From: Bacillota bacterium
GTDB taxonomy: Bacteria > Bacillota > Clostridia > Oscillospirales > Acutalibacteraceae
Assembly (NCBI GenBank): GCA_021769885.1
Contig: JAETSA010000001.1
Span: 39,963 to 103,962, forward strand
Length of the DNA stretch: 64,000 nucleotides
Direction: 5' to 3'
The notes below the pieces were generated by a model, which saw nothing but the letters and a program-made list of their open reading frames with translations, was not told the DNA's origin and ran no database searches. The position numbers and the translations under genes were made by a program. How positions within the stretch are numbered: the stretch's first letter is position 1; every line of letters begins with the position of its first letter. Below are positions 17,619 through 25,288 of the stretch, piece by piece.

Positions 17619-19031
17619 TTGCGTTTGGTCTTTTCAAGTCTGACCTTTTTATACATCTTTTTGCCTTTGTGTTTAGTTGCGTACTTTTTGACGAGTAAAA
17701 TAAAAGTGCGCAATTTTATACTTTTATTGTTCTCTCTTGTATTTTACGCTTGGGGGGAACCGAAATATATTTTGCTGATGCTCGCGGCGACGGCCGTGGA
17801 TTATGCGGCAGGATTGCTGATTGAAAAATTTCGCGGGAATTGGAAAGCAAAACTGTTTTTGATTTTGGCGGTTGTCCTGACGCTTTCAGTGCTCGGTGTG
17901 TTCAAATATGCCGACTTTTTCGCGAACAGCGTGGGCAGTATCTTTCATTTGCAAATTCCGTTGCTTGGTCTTTCTCTTCCAATCGGGATTTCTTTTTTCA
18001 CGTTTCAGGCACTTACTTATGTTGTGGATGTTTACCGTGACCGCGTGCCTGTGCAGCCATATTATTATAAATTGCTTTTATATGTGTCGATGTTTCCGCA
18101 GCTGATTGCAGGACCGATTGTGCGCTACAGCGATGTTTGTGTGCAAATTGATAACCGTGTCTGCACTTGGCAAAAAGCTTCCAAAGGCGTCCTTCGATTT
18201 TGCATCGGACTTTTGAAAAAAGCGATTGTCGCCAATTTTGCAGGGGAATTGACAGAAAAACTGCTCGGCGGTGATTTGTCTGCCTTGTCTTTGGTGGGGG
18301 CTTGGGCTGGCATTTTTGCTTATGCCATTCAAATTTATTTTGACTTTTCGGGTTATTCCGATATGGCAATCGGTTTGGGACATATTTTCGGTTTCGATTT
18401 CCCTGAAAATTTCCGTTATCCCTATGCCGCGCATTCGATTAATGATTTTTGGCGGCGTTGGCATATCACACTTAGCTCTTTCTTCCGCGATTATGTGTAT
18501 ATTCCGCTCGGCGGCAATCGCAAGCGTTGGGCGTTGAATATGTTAGTCGTTTGGCTCTTAACAGGTCTTTGGCACGGTGCGTCGTGGAATTTTGTGCTGT
18601 GGGGGCTTTACTACTTTTTCTTCTTGATGCTCGAAAAGCTGTATTTGGGGAAGTTTTTAGAAAAACTTCCGCGTGTGGTACAACATATTTATGCAGTGGC
18701 TGTTATTTTGATTGGCTGGGTGTTTTTCTATTTTGAAGATTTATCCGCAATTAAAGCCTTCTTTACAGCGGCATTCGGCGGGAATAGCTTCTCCGATATG
18801 ACACAAAATGCCTTGATAACCAATTATGTTGTCGTATTGCTGGTGGGCGCAGTGTTTTCTATGCCTGTGCTTTCGCGTATTTTGTCCTTTGGCGGTTGGC
18901 TGTGCGAGCGAAAAGGCGGTAAACTGCTTGTCAATGCTTCTTGCATAGTATTTGTCTTTGCGGCTTTGTGGATATCCACTGCCGCTTTAGTCGGTTCAAG
19001 CTACAACCCGTTTTTATATTTCCGATTCTAA
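17619..19031 (+). CDS. MBOAT family membrane-bound O-acyltransferase (AlgI/DltB-like)
   Basis: Polytopic 470 aa protein with the MBOAT motifs FWRRWHITLSSFFRDYVYIPLGGNR and GLWHGASWNFVLWG. The start is non-ATG (TTG 17619 or 17625). Confidence 0.88.
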   Translation: MRLVFSSLTFLYIFLPLCLVAYFLTSKIKVRNFILLLFSLVFYAWGEPKYILLMLAATAVDYAAGLLIEKFRGNWKAKLFLILAVVLTLSVLGVFKYADFFANSVGSIFHLQIPLLGLSLPIGISFFTFQALTYVVDVYRDRVPVQPYYYKLLLYVSMFPQLIAGPIVRYSDVCVQIDNRVCTWQKASKGVLRFCIGLLKKAIVANFAGELTEKLLGGDLSALSLVGAWAGIFAYAIQIYFDFSGYSDMAIGLGHIFGFDFPENFRYPYAAHSINDFWRRWHITLSSFFRDYVYIPLGGNRKRWALNMLVVWLLTGLWHGASWNFVLWGLYYFFFLMLEKLYLGKFLEKLPRVVQHIYAVAVILIGWVFFYFEDLSAIKAFFTAAFGGNSFSDMTQNALITNYVVVLLVGAVFSMPVLSRILSFGGWLCERKGGKLLVNASCIVFVFAALWISTAALVGSSYNPFLYFRF

Positions 19032-19042
19032 TAGGTTTTGAT

Positions 19043-19450
19043 ATGGTTTATTTAAAACATTTAAAAAAAATTGCGCAAAATAAAGAAAGATTCTCTTGTC
19101 CGGTATTGCACGGCGTAGCCGCCGCGTTGGTCGTTCTGTTGTTTTGCGGTACACTTTTCGGTTTGTTTTTGCATAGTGCTTTTGATACGGACGCGACCGT
19201 TTCCGAGAGCGAAAACCGCACATTGGCAGAAATGCCGCGTGTTTCGCTGAAAACCTTATCAGACGGTTCGTTTATGACGGACTTTGAAGCATATTATGCG
19301 GATACCTTTCCGAGACGGGAGTATTTTTTAACATTGAATCAGAAAATTTCCGCGATTTTTTCGGGCGTACACGGTAAAGATGATGTCGTGCTTGTGGCAA
19401 AAACAGAAAAAGATGATTTTGCCGGACAGGATATCGATTATGATGAATAA
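19043..19450 (+). CDS. N-terminal fragment of a DHHW/AlgJ-like acyltransferase partner protein (truncated)
   Basis: 135 aa with a TM anchor followed by ENRTLAEMP...GSFMTDFEAYYADTFPRREYF. That is the typical N-terminus of the ~370-400 aa proteins that follow MBOAT genes. The ORF ends 20 nt before the next gene, so the catalytic part is absent. Confidence 0.55.
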   Translation: MVYLKHLKKIAQNKERFSCPVLHGVAAALVVLLFCGTLFGLFLHSAFDTDATVSESENRTLAEMPRVSLKTLSDGSFMTDFEAYYADTFPRREYFLTLNQKISAIFSGVHGKDDVVLVAKTEKDDFAGQDIDYDE

Positions 19451-19470
19451 TTTTTTTATGGGGTGAAGTT

Positions 19471-20901
19471 ATGAAATACGATGTAGTGGTGATCGGTGCA
19501 GGCGTTGTTGGCGCACTGATTACCCGAGAGCTTTCCAAGCTCAATGTCCGTGTGGCTATGGCTGACAAGTTTAACGACGTTGCCATGGGCACAACCAAAG
19601 CCAACAGCGCGATTGTGCACGGTGGCTTTGATGCGGCAAACGGCACTTTGAAAGCAAAGCTGAACGTTCGCGGCACTGAGCTGATGCCGCAGATTTGCAA
19701 GGCGCTTTCTGTACCGTATCGCAACAACGGTTCCTTGGTTTTGGCATTTTCCGAGAAAGAAATGGAGCACGTCCATACGCTTTATGCGCGCGGCGTGAAA
19801 AACGGTGTTCCCCGTCTTTCTGTTGTGGACAAGGAAACCGTTTTGAAAATGGAACCGCATGTGAGCGAAGAGGTGGTCGGGGCGTTGCTTTCTGAATCCG
19901 CTGGTATCGTTTGCCCGTACGAATTGACGATTGCGGCGGCGGAGAATGCAGTTACAAACGGCGCGGAATTTTTGCGTAACTGTGAAGTGCAGGCAATCCG
20001 CGAAGAAAACGGAGAGTTCGTTTTAGAAACCTCTCTCGGCGAAATCACAGCACAATATGTTGTCAATGCCGCAGGCATTCACTCCGATGATATCGCGCGT
20101 ATGATTGGGGATGATTCCATTTCTTTGGTCGCGCGCAAAGGCGAGTATTATCTTTTGGATAAGTCCTTCGGCTATATGGCGGATCACACAATTTTCCAAT
20201 GCCCCAATGAGATGGGTAAGGGCGTTTTGGTTACACCGACTGTAGATGGCAACTTACTGATTGGACCTTCTGCGTTGGATGTGGATGACAAAGAAGATGT
20301 CGATACTACACCCGAGGGCTTGGAGTTTATTGTAGAAAAGGCGAAAAAATCTGTACCGACCTTGAATGTGCGCGGCGCGATTACTTCCTTTGCAGGAATG
20401 CGTGCACATCCCGTCACGGATGATTTCATTATTGCATTTTCCGAAAAGAATGACCGCTTCTTGAATGTGGCAGGTATTGAATCTCCCGGTCTTTCGGCGG
20501 CACCTGCAATCGCAGAAATGGTTGCGGGTATGTTCAAAGAAAAAGCAGAGCTTACCGAAAAATCCGAATATACAGAAACACGCGAAGCACCCGTTCGTTT
20601 CCGTCATATGACGAAGTCGGAGCGCGAAGCCTTAATCGCGAAAAATAAAGCATACGGCAGAATCATTTGCCGTTGTGAAACTATCACTGAGGGCGAAATC
20701 GTGGATGCGATTCACGCGCCCGCAGGCGCACGCGATGTAGACGGTGTTAAGCGCCGCACACGCGCGGGTATGGGCAGATGCCAAGGCGGATTTTGCGGTT
20801 CGAAAGTGGTTGAGATTCTCGCACGTGAACTGAATGTTCCGATGAATGAAATTACAAAATTCGGCGGCGAATCGAAAATTCTGTTTGAGAAAACAAAGTG
20901 A
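19471..20901 (+). CDS. FAD-dependent glycerol-3-phosphate dehydrogenase-like oxidoreductase (GlpA-like) with a BFD-like [2Fe-2S] domain
   Basis: N-terminal Rossmann motif DVVVIGAGVVGA. The C-terminal region CRCETITEGEIVDAI....GMGRCQGGFC is a BFD-like Cys motif. Confidence 0.8.
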   Translation: MKYDVVVIGAGVVGALITRELSKLNVRVAMADKFNDVAMGTTKANSAIVHGGFDAANGTLKAKLNVRGTELMPQICKALSVPYRNNGSLVLAFSEKEMEHVHTLYARGVKNGVPRLSVVDKETVLKMEPHVSEEVVGALLSESAGIVCPYELTIAAAENAVTNGAEFLRNCEVQAIREENGEFVLETSLGEITAQYVVNAAGIHSDDIARMIGDDSISLVARKGEYYLLDKSFGYMADHTIFQCPNEMGKGVLVTPTVDGNLLIGPSALDVDDKEDVDTTPEGLEFIVEKAKKSVPTLNVRGAITSFAGMRAHPVTDDFIIAFSEKNDRFLNVAGIESPGLSAAPAIAEMVAGMFKEKAELTEKSEYTETREAPVRFRHMTKSEREALIAKNKAYGRIICRCETITEGEIVDAIHAPAGARDVDGVKRRTRAGMGRCQGGFCGSKVVEILARELNVPMNEITKFGGESKILFEKTK

Positions 20902-20912
20902 GGTGTGAAGAA

Positions 20913-22169
20913 ATGCTGAATTATGATTTGGTCGTGGTCGGCGGCGGCCCTGCGGGTATGGCGGCGGCGTTGCAGGCACACGAAGAAGGTATTGAAAAAA
21001 TCATTATCTTAGAGCGTGCGGACACGCTCGGCGGTATCTTAGAGCAGTGTATTCACACGGGCTTCGGTCTGCACTATTTCGGCGAGGAGCTTTCGGGTCC
21101 CGAATATGCGGGCAGATTTATTGAACAGGTTTACAATACAGATATTGACGTAAAAGTCGATACGATGGTATTGGATATTTCTGCGGACAATGTGGTTACG
21201 GCTGTAAATAATTTTGACGGGCTTTTGACCATTCAGGCAAAGGCAATCGTATTGGCTATGGGTTGCCGTGAGCGTCCGAGAGGTGCACTGTCCATCGCGG
21301 GCAGCCGTGCAGCGGGCATTATGACCGCAGGCACAGCACAGAAATACGTGAATATGGACGGCTATATGCCGGGCAAAACGGTCGTTATTTTAGGTTCGGG
21401 CGATATCGGTCTGATTATGGCGCGCCGTATGACCTTAGAGGGCGCAAAGGTGAAAGCCGTTTGCGAGCTGATGCCGTATTCGGGCGGTCTGACCCGTAAT
21501 ATCGTTCAGTGCTTGGAGGATTTCGGTATTCCGTTGCGTCTTTCCTGCACGGTTGTGGCAACACACGGTAAAGAGCGCTTAGAAGGTGTTACGGTTGCAA
21601 ATGTTGACGAGCATCTGAAGCCGATTCCCGGTACGGAAGAATATATCCCGTGTGATACCTTGATGCTTTCTGTCGGCTTGATTCCCGAAAATGAGCTTTC
21701 TAAGAATGCGGGTATCACATTAGACCCCGTGACCAACGGTCCTGTGGTCGATGAATACCGCGAAACTACGCATAAAGGCGTGTTTGCCTGCGGTAACGTT
21801 CTGCAAGTACACGATTTGGTGGACTTCGTAACTGAAGAAAGCAAGCTTGCAGGATCAGGTGCGGCAAAGTTTATCAAAGGCGAAAAAGCGGAAGACGGTG
21901 TGGTACATACCAAAGGCGAAAACGGTGTGCGCTATATCGTTCCGCAGAACATCAGCCGTGCAACGGACAAGGATGTAAAGCTGTATTTCCGTGTTGGGCG
22001 CGTGCTTGAAAATGTTACATTAACCGTCACTTGCGGTGATGAGGTTCTGCTTTCTAAGAAAAAACGGAAAATGACGCCCGGTGAAATGGAATATGTCACT
22101 TTAAAAGCGGAAGTTGTAAAACAGCTGCCGGTAGACAGCACAATCGTCGTCAGCACGAAGGAGGCGTAA
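20913..22169 (+). CDS. NAD(P)/FAD-dependent pyridine-nucleotide-disulfide-type oxidoreductase (second subunit of the glp trio)
   Basis: Two dinucleotide-binding motifs, DLVVVGGGPAGMAAA and VVILGSGDIGLIMA. The ATG at 20913 sits behind GAGGTG. Confidence 0.75.
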   Translation: MLNYDLVVVGGGPAGMAAALQAHEEGIEKIIILERADTLGGILEQCIHTGFGLHYFGEELSGPEYAGRFIEQVYNTDIDVKVDTMVLDISADNVVTAVNNFDGLLTIQAKAIVLAMGCRERPRGALSIAGSRAAGIMTAGTAQKYVNMDGYMPGKTVVILGSGDIGLIMARRMTLEGAKVKAVCELMPYSGGLTRNIVQCLEDFGIPLRLSCTVVATHGKERLEGVTVANVDEHLKPIPGTEEYIPCDTLMLSVGLIPENELSKNAGITLDPVTNGPVVDEYRETTHKGVFACGNVLQVHDLVDFVTEESKLAGSGAAKFIKGEKAEDGVVHTKGENGVRYIVPQNISRATDKDVKLYFRVGRVLENVTLTVTCGDEVLLSKKKRKMTPGEMEYVTLKAEVVKQLPVDSTIVVSTKEA

Positions 22170-22173
22170 CGCA

Positions 22174-22533
22174 ATGGAAAAAAGAGATTTAATTTGTGTA
22201 TCGTGCCCCATCGGCTGTGCAATTACTGTGGAGCTGGACGATAACGGGCAAGTTACTTCGGTCACAGGCAATACTTGTAAGCGCGGGGACAGTTATGCAC
22301 GGCAGGAATGTACGCATCCCGAACGGATGCTGACTTCCACCGTCAAGGTTACGGGCGGCAGACTGCCGGTTGTGCCTGTCAAATCCGCAAAACCGATTCC
22401 GAAGGAATTTCTGTTTGACTGTATGACAGAAATCAATAAGGTCACTTTGACTGCGCCTGTAAAAATCGGCGATGTAGTACTCAAGAATATCTTGAATACA
22501 GGGGTAGACATCGTCGCAACAAACGAGGCGTAA
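22174..22533 (+). CDS. DUF1667 domain protein (Cys-rich small subunit of the trio)
   Basis: 119 aa with the N-terminal CxxCPxGC...TGNxCxRG pattern (CVSCPIGC...TGNTCKRG). Confidence 0.75.
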   Translation: MEKRDLICVSCPIGCAITVELDDNGQVTSVTGNTCKRGDSYARQECTHPERMLTSTVKVTGGRLPVVPVKSAKPIPKEFLFDCMTEINKVTLTAPVKIGDVVLKNILNTGVDIVATNEA

Positions 22534-22550
22534 GGCTTTTTGAGAAATGA

Positions 22551-22595
22551 AAAACGGGGAGAAGATCACCTTTGGTGGTCTTTTCTCCGTTTTTT
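22551..22595 (+). terminator. Rho-independent terminator
   Basis: About 20 bp stem (22551..22570 with 22574..22593, including 3 G-U pairs), ending in a T-run. Confidence 0.7.
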
Positions 22596-22618
22596 GATTG
22601 CAGAACAGGAGAATGACT

Positions 22619-23560
22619 ATGGAAAAAAAGAAAATCCGCCGTATGCGTGTTGCGGTATCTGTTTTATCTGTGCTGTTAATTATTTGCATAGGCGTATTGA
22701 GTGTTACGGTATATAAGTTGAACAGTGTGAATTTGTTTTCTAAGAATATTGTATTAAGCAACGCCGCGTTTATCGGCGCAAAGGATGCAGAGGAGCAGGT
22801 AGCGGAACTGCCGAATCTGCCAATGGAGACAGCCACGGAAGCGTATGCATTTGAGGATTATTATAGGCTTTATTCTGCACTTTATTCCGCGCAAAGTGAT
22901 TTAAGCGCAAGGCAAAAAGAAATAAATCATGCCATTGCAGATATCCGATTTAAAACAATACTTTCTGTACCGCATTTACAGCAGGGCGATGCGCTTCCGA
23001 ATGGCTGTGAGGCGGTTTGTGCGGCAACTTTATTGCAATATTGCGGATTTACAATTTCCGCAGAGGAGTTCGTTGACGCCTATTTGCCGTGTGAACCCGT
23101 AAAACTGCGCTGGGGCTGTCGCTACGGTCCTGACCCATCCAAAGCATATGCGGGGAATCCAAGACAGCACCGTGGCGGATTTGGCTGTTTTGCGCCCGTG
23201 ATTGCTTCTGCATTAAAAAATTATTTGCCACAGTCATACGTTGTTACAGACTTAACCGGAAAAAGCTTAAGTGAGTTGGCGATTACATACATCGGCGTCG
23301 GCGTTCCGATTGCTGTTTGGGTGACACAGGATATGCAGCCAATTGAAAAGGCGTATCAGTGGCAGTCCTATGACAAAACCGAAACCTTTTTGTATCCTGT
23401 AAATCAGCATTGTATGGTTTTGTGCGGGTTTGATACGGAATGCTATTATTTCTCCGACCCGCTGTCTTCGGAAGCAATTGTATCCTATCCGCGCGAGACC
23501 GTTGAAAACTGTTACCGTTCTATGGGAATGCAGGCTGTGGCAATTTTCAGCGCAGAATAA
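22619..23560 (+). CDS. Membrane-anchored C39-like cysteine peptidase family protein
   Basis: N-terminal TM helix. The segment VPHLQQGDALPNGCEAVCAATLLQY resembles the Peptidase_C39-like (papain-fold) nucleophile region. I prefer the ATG at 22619, behind AGGAG (22607..22611). Confidence 0.55.
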   Translation: MEKKKIRRMRVAVSVLSVLLIICIGVLSVTVYKLNSVNLFSKNIVLSNAAFIGAKDAEEQVAELPNLPMETATEAYAFEDYYRLYSALYSAQSDLSARQKEINHAIADIRFKTILSVPHLQQGDALPNGCEAVCAATLLQYCGFTISAEEFVDAYLPCEPVKLRWGCRYGPDPSKAYAGNPRQHRGGFGCFAPVIASALKNYLPQSYVVTDLTGKSLSELAITYIGVGVPIAVWVTQDMQPIEKAYQWQSYDKTETFLYPVNQHCMVLCGFDTECYYFSDPLSSEAIVSYPRETVENCYRSMGMQAVAIFSAE

Positions 23561-23588
23561 AACGAAGTATTTTAATTTTTAAATACAG

Positions 23589-23617
23589 TTGACAAACCAT
23601 ATACCTTGTGTTACAAT
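23589..23617 (+). promoter_or_regulatory. Sigma-A promoter of the PadR operon
   Basis: TTGACA (23589..23594), a 17 nt spacer, then TACAAT (23612..23617) with a TGT extension. Confidence 0.65.
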
Positions 23618-23632
23618 GCATATACATTGTAA
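23611..23632 (+). promoter_or_regulatory. Palindromic candidate PadR operator overlapping the -10 element
   Basis: TTACAATG-CATATA-CATTGTAA: perfect 8 bp arms with a 6 nt spacer, overlapping the -10 hexamer. Confidence 0.5.
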
Positions 23633-23647
23633 TACGAGGTGTTTTTT

Positions 23648-23974
23648 ATGAAGTACAGTAAAGAATTGTTGAAGGGGAGTACATCCCTCTTGGTTTTAAG
23701 CATTTTAAAGCGCGCTGACCTGTACGGTTACCGTATTATCCGTGAATTAGAAATGGCGAGCGAGAATGCCTTTTCTATGACCGAGGGGACGCTCTATCCG
23801 ATTTTACACGCACTGGAGAAAGAGAATTACTTAGAATCCTATTGGCGTGAGTTTGACGGCAGAAACCGCAAGTATTATCACATTACCCGTAAAGGGCTTC
23901 GTGCCTTAGAGGAGAAAAAGCAGGAATGGGAATCTTTTTCTGCAAGCGTCACAAAGGTACTGAATTATGCGTGA
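23648..23974 (+). CDS. PadR family transcriptional regulator
   Basis: 108 aa winged-HTH protein with LLVLSIL....LYGYRIIREL.......EGTLYPILHALEKENYLESYW. Confidence 0.88.
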   Translation: MKYSKELLKGSTSLLVLSILKRADLYGYRIIRELEMASENAFSMTEGTLYPILHALEKENYLESYWREFDGRNRKYYHITRKGLRALEEKKQEWESFSASVTKVLNYA

Positions 23975-25220
23975 CAATGAGAATAAAAAGCGATATTTGA
24001 ACGGTGTTGCAGAAAAAATCAGCGATAATAAGATGAAATCAGAAATTGCTGTTGAATTAGATACGCACATCGACGAGCGCGCACAGTTCTATGAAGAAAT
24101 CGGCTATTCCGAGGAAGAAGCCTTTGAAAAAGCCGTAGAGCAAATGGGTGACCCCGATGCCGTCGGCACTTCGCTTTCAAGATTGCATCCGCAGGGGAGA
24201 AAGTCGGTTTCAGTTATGCTTTCGGTTTTGCTGTTTGTCTTGCTTATTTTAGCATGGGACTTCTGCTTTTTGTTTACAGTACCAAACGGTACGGTCGGTT
24301 CTGCACTTTGTGAAAATATACTTTTACTATGTTTTGTTGGTATTTCCTGGTTCGGGTATAGAAGCAGCAATGTTTTTTTTAGCTGCCTCTCGCCGATTGC
24401 ATTTTTTCTGACATACGGATTATACGTGTGGTTTTTCTATCGTAGTAATATGCAATATACCGAATTTGCTACGCTGTGCTCACCGAGTGTTTTGTCCATT
24501 TTCTATGTGTGTACAGGGGATTTTTCGAACTTGCAGCTTATACCGTATGTGGGCGGCGTAACCGTATCACCATGGTTGACATATGTGTCAGTTATATATT
24601 ATATACTGATTTTAATACTATTGATTGCAGTATCTTGCTCAACCTCTACCTTAGAGGCTCCGCCGTACAGCCTATCGGATAAAAGACGAGGGAAACGGTT
24701 GTTTTACATTGAAAAATCGTTTTGCGTATTATTTACTTTTATGATAATTGCTTCAGTTGCTATATGGAAAGGCGAAGACTGCAAAATTGCACAAAACACA
24801 GCGAAATTTAACTATGTAGTCATTCTGCAAAGCGATACGCCCGGCTCTGTAGAAGATTTGAACAGCGAGGACTGTTCGTTCTTTTCTGTACGCTACCATT
24901 TGCTCGGAGATTACATTCCGAATTGGGATGCCTATTCTCAAGAAGAGGACAAAACGCATACGGATTCAAAATTGCTTACGGTTTTTTGTAATACAAGTGT
25001 GCGGTATCAAGTAAAAAAAGCTACTTTGGAATGTTCGGTGGATAAGCCGTATGTTTCTGTAATGTTTATCAATGCAACCAGCCGTATTAATGATTTTGAC
25101 TACGTTAGAAAATTTTTCCCGGAGACATTAGACTGGCAGGAAAGTGCATCCGTTGGAACAATTTCGGAATCAGTCGATGCATACAACTGCGTAGATGTGG
25201 TTATAAACACAGAAGCGTAA
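23967..25220 (+). CDS. Polytopic membrane protein with a PadR-associated N-terminal 'permease prefix'/DUF1700-like domain
   Basis: Overlaps the padR stop by 8 nt. The N-terminus (YLNGVAEKI......EIAVELDTHIDER......GYSEEEAFEKAVEQMGDPDAVG) is typical of PadR-coupled membrane partners. Several TM helices follow, then a ~150 aa C-terminal domain. Confidence 0.6.
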   Translation: MRDNENKKRYLNGVAEKISDNKMKSEIAVELDTHIDERAQFYEEIGYSEEEAFEKAVEQMGDPDAVGTSLSRLHPQGRKSVSVMLSVLLFVLLILAWDFCFLFTVPNGTVGSALCENILLLCFVGISWFGYRSSNVFFSCLSPIAFFLTYGLYVWFFYRSNMQYTEFATLCSPSVLSIFYVCTGDFSNLQLIPYVGGVTVSPWLTYVSVIYYILILILLIAVSCSTSTLEAPPYSLSDKRRGKRLFYIEKSFCVLFTFMIIASVAIWKGEDCKIAQNTAKFNYVVILQSDTPGSVEDLNSEDCSFFSVRYHLLGDYIPNWDAYSQEEDKTHTDSKLLTVFCNTSVRYQVKKATLECSVDKPYVSVMFINATSRINDFDYVRKFFPETLDWQESASVGTISESVDAYNCVDVVINTEA

Positions 25221-25230
25221 ACCCATAAGT

Positions 25231-25270
25231 AAAGAAGCACGGTAGGATTTTAACCCTATCGTGCTTCTTT
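25231..25270. terminator. Bidirectional terminator hairpin between convergent genes
   Basis: AAAGAAGCACG (25231..25241) pairs with CGTGCTTCTTT (25260..25270). A-rich and T-rich flanks allow it to work on both strands. Confidence 0.6.
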
Positions 25271-25288
25271 TAAATGCTATCTAACCTT

